The position numbers were made by a program, and so were the translations under genes. Under the pieces are notes generated by a model. That model searched no databases. It was given only the letters and a program-made list of their open reading frames with translations, and was not told where the DNA came from. Of a stretch of DNA of 64,000 bases, positions 24,501-37,136 are shown in pieces. Source of the DNA: Marsupella aquatica (Eukaryota; Plantae; Marchantiophyta); NCBI GenBank assembly GCA_973895155.1, contig OZ316897.1, positions 7,182,470-7,246,469 of the forward strand, written 5' to 3'. The first letter of the stretch is position 1. Each line of letters opens with the position of its first letter.

Positions 24501-24999
24501 GTGGTCAAAGGGAAGACATTTTTGTGTGCAACAGCTTGATGATAAGAGGGCAGCTACACAGGATTGTGGGGTCATGGGTTGGTTCACCCAAGATTCACAA
24601 AGTAGCACATCTGATAGGAATCCAATACACTCTACAGTGGCCCACTATGGCAAGATTGAAGAGATATTGACAGTGCGTTATCATGCACACACCACTTTGG
24701 AGGAGGTGGTGTTGAAGTGCAAATGGTTTTGGATGAACCTTGTTGGCCATAACCAAACTTGCAAAGAGGATGCTTGTGAGTTCACACGGTTGAAGACAGG
24801 TGCACATAGTGTCACTAGGTCAACTTGGAGAACCTCTAATCCATTTGCATTCCCCCACCATCTTGAGCAGGCCTTCTATCTTCCGTATCCCGATGATCTT
24901 GAGTGGTCCATTGTCATGACTTATATTCCACGATCACGATCCATCATCCAAGAGCGACCCAATGTGGTTGTAGTTGAAGATTTGGACCCCGAGCCTTGA
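20263..24999 (+). pseudogene. CACTA transposase of copy 2; exons 20263-20494, 21742-22912, 23040-24999
   Basis: Full-length Tnp2 motif series through the C-terminal YGKIEEIL..LKCKWF..PFAFP..QAFY region; stops at 22093, 23480, 23851, 24004 and a frameshift in the AG run near 23485. Confidence 0.93.
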
Positions 25000-25219
25000 G
25001 GTCCTTGCTAGCTAGTGTACCTTGGGATTAATCGTGTAGGACCCCTCCATATGTTTATTTTTACCAACATTATATATATCATTGTTGTATTTCATGTTCC
25101 CTCTACTATGAAAGGGACCAGATTTCTTAATAAAGAGTTATGAGTATTTGTTTTCCACACCATATCCGATACAATGAACATCGGATAATTGTCGAAAACA
25201 TCTTACCTTAATTTTGAAA

Positions 25220-28200
25220 TGTGATGCCTAGACAGGAATCACTCGGCCGGTTAAGTGGGTAAAGCAGGAAGGCACCCTAGGAACACCTTAGTATAGTGAC
25301 AAAACAAGGAAAATATAAACAATTAGGGGCAACCATGGAACCCGGGCCGAGGCCGGAGGTAAGGCTAAGGGTGAAAACCCGATTAGGGTTAGGGCGCGTT
25401 AAGCGTCGGCGGCTAGGAAGGATCAACGGGAAGAAGGACCGGCAGAGGAGAGGGGTAAGGAGCGCTTGCAGGAGATGGTGGCTCATTTGCGAGCACGAAC
25501 TAGGCAGACGACTACGGGAGGCCAACTACTGTCAGCTGCTTAGGCAAGCACTCGGGGAGAGAGTAGATACCGACGATCGACCTAAGGAGGGTATGAGCAA
25601 CGTCAATCAAGCGGCACATTTCTGGGGATGCCTGTTCGAACGGGCAACTGAGTACATCAAGACTTACGAGGACGAGGAGTTAGAAAGGGCAGCTCGAGAA
25701 CGGCAGGAGCTCGCTCGATTGTGGGAGCTGTAGAAGACGGCTTTCTTAGGAGGCAAACTCATCAAGGACGAGTTCCTGTGGACGCCTACTTCCAATCAAC
25801 TCGACGATCTTCTGTTTTGCAAAGACAGCGTCGTCGGCATCCGGGAGGCCATCAAGAACTGCAACGACATACACTGGGAATTAAAGGGTAGCACGGAAAG
25901 GTGGACCCAGGCAACGGTGCTAGGAGAAACCTCCACGGCAGCAGAGATGAAGAGGAAGGGAGCCGTCAACGATGAAGCCACCCCGGCAAAAAGAACGAGG
26001 TCGGCGGCACCAAAGAAGCCAGCCGAGCAGCAGAGCAGGAGGCAGGGAGAAGCCGAAGAGGAGGAGGTCGATCCCATCAAGGCCATTCCAACCAGGGATG
26101 ACACCTGGAAGGGCTGGGCGGCAACCCTACCGGTGGAGGTGCAACTACATTTTGCACGGGAGGAGGATGCATGCTTTACGGCCATGCAGACCAAGAAGTA
26201 CCAAGGCTTCATGGCCGGATCCGGCTTGGAGGCCTTTGTAAGATTACCATGGCTGAAGCCGGAGGTACCGGAGTCAGACCTATTAGAATTCGTGGGGTCA
26301 TGGGAACCCGAGACCAATTGCACGAGGATATATGGGAGGGATTTCTATCTTACTCCCAAGGTAATTGCCGAAGTGTTTGGCCTGCCGATAGGCAATAAGA
26401 CCAAAGTTGATACCAGGAAGACCTTGCCTGACAAGGAGTTCCGGTCGTTCCCCGGGCCATCAACGAAGAATGGCTTCTTCCGGAACACCTGCACCAACCC
26501 GCACATAGGAGAGATGATCGACTTCTTGCGGGTGACCATGCATTGTAACTTGCCGAGGGCAGAGATCGGCAAGGCACAGGTCTATCTGGCAGAAAGGCCA
26601 GACCCAAGCCGGGACTACAACGGGTACCTCCTCAACCAATTGAAGAAGATCTTAAAGGAGGAGCAGCAGGTAATCGGCATGGGGAGCGTGTCGCGGCTTG
26701 GCTATCACATGCCGCTGTTGTGCCGGTATGCCAGAGGTCAGACTTTTGCCCCGGTACTTCCCCTGCAGGTAAGAGCACCCGAGGAAGCTCCAACACCGAG
26801 GCCGTTGGCTGAGAAGCCTCAACCACCTGTTAGTCCTACGATCGAGCAGGTGTTTAGGCCCAGGAAGGAAGACTTGCCGATGCAGCAACCAGGCATGCAG
26901 AGTCTGCTGAAACTACTGGAGAAAGAAAAGAAATCGGCATCGGCAACAACAACGGCAACGGCAACAATGCAGGACACTACTACAGAGGTAGGCCTACACC
27001 GGCTCACAAGAGAAAACCCCTTTGCTGGAGACAAGGAGAGAATCAGGCCGGAATCCAAGCCAGGTGTTCGAATGTACGTGGGAACCTCAAGCTCCGAATC
27101 TGAGGCAGAATTGCCTGAAGCTCCTACCGACGAAGAGGAGAGGGAGAAGCCGGACGTCCAAGAGGTAGAGGAGGCAGTGGAGGACTGCAGCCATGATAAT
27201 TCCGGCTATGGGTCGGACCATCACGTTCCAGGAGTAAGGACCTGTGGCCGGTTTGTCCCCACACTTCCAAGGGTAGTGCGAGGGGACCCCAACCAGCAGA
27301 GTAGCCCTGAGTCTCCCCCACCAGATGTTGCTCCCCTGAGCTTCGATGGCATAAAACAGACGGTGCAGGAATTTCAGGAGCGAATCAAGCAGGAGGAAGA
27401 GGCCGCCCTGGCTAAGGAAAAGGATTTACCAGGAGGAGATTGGCCGGAGGACATCAGGCGGCTAGCCGAAAAAGGAAGCAAACCTCTAGCCACGATTGAA
27501 GAGATCCGCAGGACGGCTTGGGAGCAGAGGCCACGATGGGCGATGCCGATCACTTCTACTTACTCCACCTACGCTAAGAATAGAGCCATGGAGTATGGTG
27601 AGATGTGTGGGGAACTTGCGCTCGGCATCTTTGGAGAGGAGTTGGAGATAGGACCCTTTTTCCATAGGGAGCAGTTGGAGAAGCACCAATTAGAAGAAGC
27701 GGTGGCTTTAGAGAGAAGCAAGAAGGACGAGGTCATTCGGCGGCTTAGGAGGATGGAAGTCGAGATTGAAGATCTAAGGGCGGCCAAGAAAGCCCAAGAT
27801 GAACTGCGGATTAAACGATATGAGCTGAACATCATGCAGGGGCAGTTGGACACCGCGCAGGCTGATAATCAGAATATCAAGGATAAACTGACTCAGACGC
27901 AGGAAGAGTTGGCCGACACGATCAAAGAGAGGGAGAAGTGGAAGCAAGAGCTGAAGAATACAGAGGAGGCCCACATAACAGCCAACAGCCGGGCCATGGC
28001 GGAGACCCAAAGAAAGGAATGGGCGTTGAAAGGGGAGCTCGAGAAAATCCGCGGAGCCCTTGAGCAGAAGGAGGTCGAGTTAGGGAAATCCTATCAAGGG
28101 ATTATGGCGCTGCAGCAGGAGCTTGCGTCCCTGACGGCCAGCTTCAAGGCCGACCTAAGGGAGAAGGACGAGATGCTCGAACAGACTTACGCCAAGATGA

Positions 28201-29855
28201 ACCAGATGGAGTCTGTCATCATTGCAGAGCTCGACAAGGAGCTAAGAGCAACCCAGGAGGAGAGGGCTACCTTGAAGAAGGAATTGGAGGAAGCCCACAG
28301 GGAGCAGGAGGAGGCCAAAAACGAGCTGGAGGGGGCACGTAAGGACCTGGATGAAACCCAAGAGGAGTTGGAGGAAATCACGAGGAAGATGGAGAACCTA
28401 CAGCGGCGGGCCGACAACCAAACAGAGCGGCTGAAGAAACAAGCCGCAGTATTTAAATGCTTAGCTACAGCAGGTCCATCTCCCGTTGGGACAAACCAGT
28501 TACCAGGGGTGGTAATTGCCGAAGGACAAGCCGCGCCACCTGCACCAGTGCCGGAAGTAAGTGGGAAGGGGAAGGGACCAGTTGCCGAGCCACCAACGAA
28601 GAAGAAGCGGAAACCTTCAGGGTCAAGGAGTAATACGACTTCACAGGCCGTGGTGATCAAGGAGGTAGACCCAGCACCGACCCCAGACAGGGTCACGGCT
28701 AAGGATCCAACTACCCTAGGGGAAGGGGAGGCCAAAGCCGAGGGAGTGGCTGAGGCCAAAGCCGTGGGTATTGCCGAGGCCGGTGTCGAGGCTGAAGCCG
28801 AAGGTGGACCCAGTCAGGCCGATGGAGAGTTGACTCGGTCAAGGGCAGGTAATCTGTCAGTAGGCGGGCCAACGGCAGTAGCTGAGGAGGAAGTGTTGGG
28901 GGCGTCCATTGAGGATCCACCACCGGTGTTGTGACGGTGCAAGGGCGCCGTTCCTTTTAGGGAGGGCGGACGTGGAGGGAGGAGGCGTGAGTGGGCAGGG
29001 CGGGCGCGGATCTCCACGTTTAGGATTAGGATCAGAACCAGGAGCGGCCCTGACACTTAGCTTAGTGGGATTGCGGTTCCACTGGTAGGAGCAACACTTG
29101 TGCTCCTGCCTTGCTGTACATAGGTAGATTCGGGCAAGTAGATTACTGTCAGGTAGATTAGGCTTACGATGCAAAGAATGGCGGATCCACTACCAGGATA
29201 AGTACCTGGGCAGCGGGGAGCTCAGGGCCTCTTCTTTAGCAAGTTTTTAGTTTGCACCAGCCGGGCTGGGATCAAGTAGTACGAGAAGCTCTCGGTTAGT
29301 CATACAGTGACCCTTGTGTATATTCATGTTTCCTCATGCCTAAGAGCTGAATAGAGTTGGCCTCACGGCTTAGTTCGCAGAACTTGTGTATGAGATGTAC
29401 TGTTTGTATGGCAAGTGCATGGTATGACTCAGTCAGAATGAGTCATTTTGCTATTTGTGTGTCGCATTAACTTGTGTGAAGAGTGCCCACATCAACAGAA
29501 GGAAGGAAAGTAAGCAGGGGAGTGAGAGTTGGATGTGTCGAGCTGAGAGAGGTCTTAGCGGCTTAACCAAGCCTATTGGGGATCATTCCGGCGGCGGAAT
29601 CCAAACATACCTAACAAGACGGAGGGGAAGACAGGGGAAGACAGGGGAAGGCCTATATTAGGCCGGCTACGTATCTCATGACCCGATGAAGGATCTGTCC
29701 AGTATATGTGTGTAAAATGTTAATAGTAGTAGTAGAAGGTTAGCAGCGTCCCATGCCGCTAAGCCGCGGAAACGGCCTCGCCAAGCACGAAACCTGCGGG
29801 AATCGGCTTGAGCTGGGGGGTTTCTTGGGTTTAGGGAGCCATGGGACGCACCACA
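25220..29855 (+). mobile_element. Solo LTR, 4636 bp, with 5-bp TSD TGAAA
   Basis: TGAAA at 25215-25219 and 29856-29860; TG...CA ends; near-identical (roughly 99% by eye) to 13702-18421. Confidence 0.97.
25593..28934 (+). pseudogene. ORF-A copy in the solo LTR; single nonsense change
   Basis: CAG>TAG at 25731-25733; otherwise open to 28934. Confidence 0.9.
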
Positions 29856-30104
29856 TGAAACCTTGTCTGATTCACTCTACATCGGACCCCTCTTAACAGT
29901 TATCGGATACCTGTCCGATACATTTTTGCTACTAATCTTATTGGAAGACATCCGATTCTAAACCTAACGGAAACAAGGACCGTTTACATTTGCATGGGAA
30001 CGTTAACATGCGATTCAAAAAGAATGGCAAATTGCAGTACTCTTGCAGTCGGACTATTTCGATGCATTTCCGATTTGGTTAGTATCGGACGGCTGAGCTC
30101 TCGC

Positions 30105-30144
30105 GATATCGGAGCATCAGAAAAATGCTGAAAATGTACTAGTG
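30105..30144 (-). repeat. CACTA terminal inverted repeat (CACTAGTACATTTTCAGC...)
   Basis: Diagnostic CACTA pentamer at the end of a subterminal motif array; partner TIR not in the window, so TIR length unknown. Confidence 0.8.
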
Positions 30145-30377
30145 TCGGGCCCTTAGTAGACCCATACGTCTCCTCCATATCCCACAACAATGGTGCAACC
30201 ACCTGATGATGAGGAAAGTTGGCTATAGAGCCCTCGTCAGAATCACTATTTGAAGCCCCACTAGTATCTGCTAGCAATGTCGTTGGCCAAAACTGCACTC
30301 CACTTCGAGTGAAACTGGTCCGTTGTTCACCAAGTAGCTTTGCATTATTGGAAGACTCCGTGATTCCAAAACCCTAG

Positions 30378-30680
30378 GCCACAGGCCGTGGGCTGTGGGT
30401 ACCTACCCACACAAACAAGATGAATTGGCCACAGGCCGTGGGTTGTGGATGACTACCCATGCAACCAAACTGCAAGAGGCCACAAGCCGTGGGCTGTGGG
30501 TGCCAACCCACACAACCAAGATGAATCGGCCATAGGCCATGGGTTGTGGGTGTCTACCCACGCAAACCAAATTGCGAGAGGCCACAGGCCGTGGGCTGTG
30601 GGTGCCAACCCACCCCGCAACCCACACAACCAAGATGAATTGGCCACAGGCCATGGGCTGTGGGTGCCTCCCCACCAAGA
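30378..30680. repeat. Imperfect tandem repeat, core GGCCACAGGCCGTGGGCTGTGGGT x ~6
   Basis: Visible alternating units with CCCACACAACCAAGATGAATT or GCAA(A)CCAAA spacers. Confidence 0.85.
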
Positions 30681-31864
30681 CTCTCTTTTCTCAAGTCATG
30701 CACTCAACACGCCGCAATTGATGGGAAAATCATTCACTATTTGTCATTTCCTCTGTGCCCTAAGTCGCAACCGCCTTATCTCGTCGCGCACCGCCAACAC
30801 AATTCACCAACATTCAATGTCATTTCCTTGATAGAAATGCACTATCCATCAACAAGGAACTTGATGCAAATCATAACTGCATCCTACAAAAATTGTAAAC
30901 ATAATCAACTGTTGGGCTCCCAATCAACCCGCCTCAATCAAAACCACAAAGAGTTGCACATGATCCGACTACTTTCCCTTCACAAAATAGGATCAGACGC
31001 CATTGTCTGTCTTGCACACAATTGTTGACAGCAACATCCGCTTGTTGATCATACAATCAGTCCTCCACGATGCAGCAATGCATATCAATGAAGATTGCAA
31101 CTCCAAAACTGCAACTTAGCAACAACAACTTGACGCTTCACTTGAACTACACGAGCGTCACACCAACTTGCAATAGATCAAGATACTAGCAATCCATTCA
31201 ATAACAACACCCAATCCAAGCTACCACAAATCGTCAACAACAAAACCAAAATGAAACTGAACTTTTGTCTGCATAGTCCGCACAACAGAGTTTGAAGCTG
31301 ATCTTTTGATGTAATCTTCAAGAGCAATCAAACAACAATTGATGCCAATCAAACACACAATCATGTCCAACGCGATCACACACTTATGTCAAGCCAAACA
31401 CACCTTGTGCCTCAAGGAATCCATGTTACATACACACAACCTAGACAACCACACCAGAGCCGCTAGAGCAGCTTGTGCTCGAAAGGCTCAACATCAAAAG
31501 ATGAGACCTTTGAGCCAACACAAAGAAATATATAACTATCCCTCACAAACATACACTATCCCTAAAACACTTAGATAACACACATATGAAAGCCTCAAAC
31601 TTGCATAGGCCAATATCCTATACTACCACTCATATTGGTGTGACAAGGCAGTACCGGACCGTGTTCATGCATCATTCTACGTATGGGCATGGAGCGCATG
31701 GAGAGGCTCCTTGCACTACATGGCCCTACCTTCATTTCCATTGATGTACAAAACATCATTAGGGGACCTTCAATGTGGGCACCACTTTTTTGGACTTGGA
31801 GGACGGACCATATGAAGAAGAGTACTTGTAACTCTTACATATATATGGTGACTGATATATGTAG

Positions 31865-33870
31865 GTGATGTTGAGGTTCCTTATTGTGGCATTGTCCTAG
31901 ATATTTTGGATGTTTATTTTGGCTCATTTACCACCACCGTGTTAGAGGTGAGGTGGTACAAGTCCATCATGTCACCTCCAATGAGAGCTACCATGGTGAA
32001 GGATGAGTGTGGATTTTATCGTGTGGACACGACCCAAGTTGCCCCAAGCGGGATTGAGTTTAGTGACACCATAGTTTTTCCTAGCCAAGTGGATCAATGC
32101 ATTGTGGTTCCAATGCATTGTGGTTCCAATGCACTATGGTAGGATGGTCCATTGTCATTCCCATCTTCCACATCGTAGGAAGGGCTTCATGCAATCAGCT
32201 ATCGCGGACGATGAGGATTGACATTATAGCCCACTATCCATATTTGTATAGGCTGTTGCCACCCTTTGCATATAAACGCATATTTCATGACCTAGGCATC
32301 TGCCAATTTGGAGAATCAGATGGGCTTGTTTAATCCCTTGGAAAACAAATAGTTAAGTAACAACCATATAGTTATTGCACATGTCAATTCCCTCTGCCTT
32401 TAGCCTCCAGCAGGTAGACCTGTCAACAACGTGACCCAATACATTTAACGCCATGCAATTAATGATAAGTGGTACCCCTCAACGTTACATTTTTAAATGT
32501 TGTCTTTTGGATCAAGATTTGACATTATTTGTAACATATACGTCATCCAACGCATTAAATAAACATCATAAAACCCTAAGCAACGTAAGTTTACATCGTG
32601 GTGCTAGGTACTAGGGTTGACACCATGAAGGACTACGTTAAGTTTCCATAAACCAAGTCTCTGGCGACGTTATTAATTTACTTGGATGTTAATCACAGGA
32701 AAAATTGAGCACATTCAATCCGCACGATAGTTACTCCAAATAAGATTCATGGATGTGTGTATTGCTGCACATAGACCAAATGGAGGAGTTACACAATAGC
32801 TATACCTCCTTTCTACTGCAAATCTAGCCTACATGAGTCATGGTCATCCCTCTACAACCAACCTCCACACTGATGTTGATTAAGGAGTCCTTTCTCCAGA
32901 CCAGTAGTACTCCTCGTCCGCTTTCCTCTTGTTGTACAAAGCACGCCTCTGGGTGGCATTCTAATTCTTCCGGACAATAGCTTCCTCGACCTGTAGCCTC
33001 TAAGCCTCTACCTTAGCTGCACAACCTTCCTTGTAATAAAAAATAGCAATGTCAAGTTCAGTGGGTGACAACTCACATTTAGGCAAGGTGGGAGGGTAGG
33101 CCTAACCATCGTCAATGTCATTGGGAAAATCTTCCAGACCACAATTATTGCTTGGATGCAAGAGGAAGTCTCTTGGGCCCAACTTCTTGTTGGCAAGAAT
33201 GGAGCACTGAATCCACTGAGTAGAAATGAATTGCACGGTTTCAGCAAAATGCAACATCAAGCCAGCATAGTCATTGAAATGCTCCACAACCCGTTTCCAC
33301 GTATTTGCAATCAGGAAATCTGTCTGTGGGGTACCTAGCCTGTCAACAAGCACTCCACAACAAAAGAACCCCCAAACCATCTTCTCCTCCTCACCAAGCA
33401 GGAGGAAACAACAATGCCATTTGCAAAAAACTTCCACACCATAGCTCAACACTTTGCCTCCCACCCTACAATTTCTCTCCTCTGGGTACCTTGGAAGTCT
33501 GCACTTGTGAGTTAACCTAGTGAGTTCATGAGTGAGCCTCCCTCCTATATAATTCTGTCTCTCCCCTTATCAAAGGACTTTACATCGTTCACTCCTACAT
33601 ACTTATTGTATGCCATGGCTACTTACTTCATATAGTCGCCCCAAGCACATAAACTCCACTATGTCTTCCCAAACAACGCCACCAAATACGTCATTTGTTA
33701 GGACACTCTTTACCAGTCCTAGAACATTGTTCCATAGTGAATGTTGTGTTGGACAAGGTTAACTACCCTGCGTCATCCAATATTAATATACCGTCTCTAA
33801 GGACGACGTTACCAACCCCTGCAGAATCTCCTCGGATATCCAACGGCCCTTTAACGTTGTCAAAGTAGTG
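31865..33870 (+). mobile_element. Remnant of a different CACTA family (C-terminal transposase exon, possible terminus)
   Basis: Exon after TAG| near 31865 encodes PYCGIVLDILDVYF..LEVRWYK..VKDECGFYRVD..VFPSQVDQC (DUF4216-like). CAAAGTAGTG at 33861-33870 reads CACTAC on minus, with ACGTTA-like repeats upstream. Confidence 0.55.
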
Positions 33871-34939
33871 TAGCAATGTATATCCCTCCGTTAATTCTAC
33901 ACATCATTTTTGGGTAGGTTAAACATGGTCCCGACATCTCAAAATGTAGTTTTGTATTAGTTTTGAGACTAGGATACCATCTACAAGAACTGTGTTGATA
34001 TGCCAAGAGTCAATCCTTTGCACCAGTTTTGCTCATTCAAGAGTGGATGCTGATTGCAGTATTGGTTAGAGAGAAGAGTCCCACCTCAAATTTGTTCATA
34101 AACAAACTGGCACCAATGCCAGAGTAGTGGAGGAAGAAGAAGAGGCAATACACTCAAGAAACTTGTTTTGCAAGAACAACAGCTACTATTGACAAGAGAG
34201 AATGAGGTAGTGACTTTGGATATTGTGAGAAATCCATGACGGTGGACTACTTGCAATAATCCATATGCCGGCATCACCCTAGTGGAGAGGAATATGACTG
34301 CAAAGAAGAGGCAGAAGCGTGAAGAGCAAAATAATGGACTTGGAATCAAAAGACGGAAGCCATTGAAGCCAATAAATGCCAGCACCTTAGGTCTCCAACT
34401 TAGCACGTGCAAAAGACCTTGAAGTGGGAAATCGGCCAGCAAAACAAAGGTAGTACTCCAAATTTGAGTTTGGGGGCTTTGCAAACATTGCACAGGCCAG
34501 GTTAATGTAGAAGACTACAATGATAACTACATTGACCATGGGGAGAGGCCAGCGCCAAGTGTACAGACTTTGGGAGGATTTTGAAGGAGCTTTCTATCCA
34601 TTTATTATGGACATCCAAAGTATCAGATCAACCCAGAGTCCCCCCACCTGATATAGTGCCTTGGGAGTTTGACAAGATGAAGGATGCCAAGGCAAAACTA
34701 CATGAGAAACTTGGGGAGTTGGAGGACAGGAAACCGGGAGCAAGAGAAGAACTTGTCAGGGGAGAATGGTTGGAGGAGATCTAGCAGCTTAGCAAGAAGT
34801 AGGTCGAGCCACTTACAAACTTTTATCGGGTTAGGGTAGAAGCTTGGGAAGGGAGTCCACGTTGGCACATGCCAGTCTCTCTTGGAAGGTCCAATTACGC
34901 CAGGAACCATGCTAGGGAGTATGGAGAGATATATGTGTG

Positions 34940-35227
34940 TGTTGAGTATTGCTCTTAGTCTTGTGACTCTAGGGCTGACCGTAGTTAGGCTAACTTAGGG
35001 ACTTAGTTAAGGTTAGCAATGATGCATGTTGTATATAACCAGGGCTGGTGCCAGCCCCTGGTGGATCTTCTGTTCATTGTTGGAGTGGAGCAAGAAAGAA
35101 GTAAAGGTCTCTTGCTTTCTCGTGGACGTAGCCTCAGTCGTGAGGTGAACCACGTACTTGTTGTGTCAACTACTTTGTATGGTGTTTACATGTGCATGGT
35201 GTCTTGGGACAAAGATTATCCCCAATA
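34940..35227 (+). mobile_element. Copia-type solo LTR, 288 bp, TSD GTGTG
   Basis: TGTTGAG...CCCAATA (decayed CA end); GTGTG at 34935-34939 and 35228-35232; TATATAA; GTGGACGTAGCCTC..GAGGTGAACCACGTA shared with the LTR at 50435-50778. Confidence 0.85.
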
Positions 35228-37136
35228 GTGTGGGCTCTTAGCTTTGGGGATTTTTGGAAATGAGTTGGAGTCTGGGCCTTTTTTCAAAAAGGAAATAGCA
35301 GACCAAGCTTGATTAGAGGAAGTGGTGACTTTGGAGAGGCTTAAAATGGAGGAAGTAATTGATAGGCTAAGGAAGATGGAAGCCAAAGACGCTAAAGCAA
35401 ATAAAGACCAGTAGGCTCAAGATGAGCTACTGATCAGATATAGCAAGAGTTAGACAGGGCCACTCAACAACTTGACACTTGCAAGGAGGACAACTAGCAT
35501 CTCAAAGAGAAGCTGACTAAGATTCAGGTGCAGTTAGCCGATAATAAGGACCTTCAGGATTGGGACGCACAACTTGAGGCACTCCAGGCTTCAAATCAGG
35601 ACCAGCTGAACCCTGGGCTGAACCATTTCAACCAGGCCTTGGCTGATGCCAAGAGAAAACATAAACTTTTGCTCGATTGCCAGGAGGCACTCAGAGAAAA
35701 GCATGACAATGAGAGTGCCAATTGGCTGGACAAGACGGAAAGAAGGTTAAAGTTGGCAAGAGACAAGGCAAGGCAAATCTGGAACAGTTGAAGGCCAAAA
35801 AGGACTTGCCAAAAGTAGCAATGGACAAAATGGAGTTTGTCGTCATGAAGGTCCTCAATGATGAATTGAAGGCAGCCAAGGAGGAGGTTCTTAAGCTTAT
35901 AGACAAAATGGAGGATGTGACGGGGTCCCCGTCACTCAAAATCACGAATAATGGGTCGCAGAGTGTTGTGCAGTGTAAATAACCATTGTAAATAAGCCAT
36001 TTTAAATTTATTTTTAGTTAATTCCGTCATTATAGGTCGATGATGCCCCGGGGGACTTTATATTCTTTCTCTCATAATATTTCTAAGATTTGCGGCAACC
36101 TAAGCGGGCAAATATTTTGGGACCTTAAAACTAGGGCCAGCCCTTTAGGACTTACCGTTTTGCTTGGGCTATTGTTGAGACCCCAATAGCAAAGTCTAAG
36201 GGGAGGAACTTTAATTTTTAGTGTTAAGGGGGTATAAGTGTGGCACATTTCCCAACACCTCGAACCCCAAGAACCATCCACCACCGGCAATAAACCCCTA
36301 CTTATGGTCGGCTTATGGTGGTTTGGCTACCATTCGGCTTGGAACCGCGATCTACTCTCGATCCACACTATGTTGGACCGATTCTTTCACTGGGCTTGCG
36401 AATTGTGCATTGCTGAGACACCTAATTCTCAATTGACTTCATCGGGTATGTTTGTATTTCGCCCCCGGAATGTACCTCTACGGCTTAATCTTAAGCCGGC
36501 TGAAGGTTTTTCTCAGGCCGACTCAACCCACACTTTAACCAACAAAACACTCTCAATCCTCACTTTTCTCTCAGAGTTTGGTTTGGCAGTCTCCAATCAA
36601 GACAATGCAATCGTATAGCTTCACAGTATTGCTCTAACCGACTCAAATTGATCAAGCGACAAGTATCACAACACACAACGCCATGATTGCAAGAATCTGC
36701 GAACTAGGCAACAAGGCCAACTCAATTCAAACAATTGCACAAAAATGGAAATTTGTGGTTTACTGATAATCCATGATCTAGATTTAGCCGAGAGCTTAAT
36801 GCTAGCAATACTGACTTTACACTAGAGTCTTGACTAAGAAAAAGCCCCCTGAGCCACGCTGCCCAGGTTTTTATCCTTGCAGCGCATTCAGGGGAAAAGG
36901 CAGAAATCCTAACCACAACTCACGGCCTTCCACCGCGATAACCCAACTAAAAAAAAACTATCACTTAAAAAACTTGACTAGCCCGGAACCTTGTGGGAAC
37001 CGAGCATCTAATGCTACCTAAGCCGATTGGGCGCTACTTGCCCTGTCCCATCCTACAACGGCCGCGCCCTTCTGGCCCAAGCCCGTCTCCTACCGCCACG
37101 TCCTCCTTCCAACCGATGACTGGCCCTCCTTAATTG

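Larger units (their letters stand above)
18422..30144 (+). mobile_element. CACTA/EnSpm transposon, copy 2 (left end lost; solo LTR inserted in the right subterminal region)
   Basis: Same gene layout as copy 1, inverted; ends ...AAAATGTACTAGTG (reverse complement CACTAGTACATTTT) after a cluster of TCCGAT/ATCGGA repeats. Confidence 0.93.

Noticed and set aside
14278-29661. Numerous short antisense and alternate-frame ORFs duplicated in both LTRs
   Set aside because: Shadow ORFs of GC-rich coding DNA; their conservation only reflects LTR identity.
13702-29855. An intact LTR element whose two LTRs flank a captured SET + transposase cassette
   Set aside because: The right LTR has its own TGAAA TSD on both sides, there is no PBS after 18421 or PPT before 25220, and the CACTA sequence continues to its TIR at 30144. 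These are two independent insertions.
13702-29855. The 4.7-kb duplication as an assembly artefact
   Set aside because: The copies differ by scattered substitutions and an 84-bp repeat-length change, and have precise TG..CA ends with a TSD.
30378-30680. CRISPR-like array
   Set aside because: Eukaryotic context; the spacers are themselves repeated; no cas genes.
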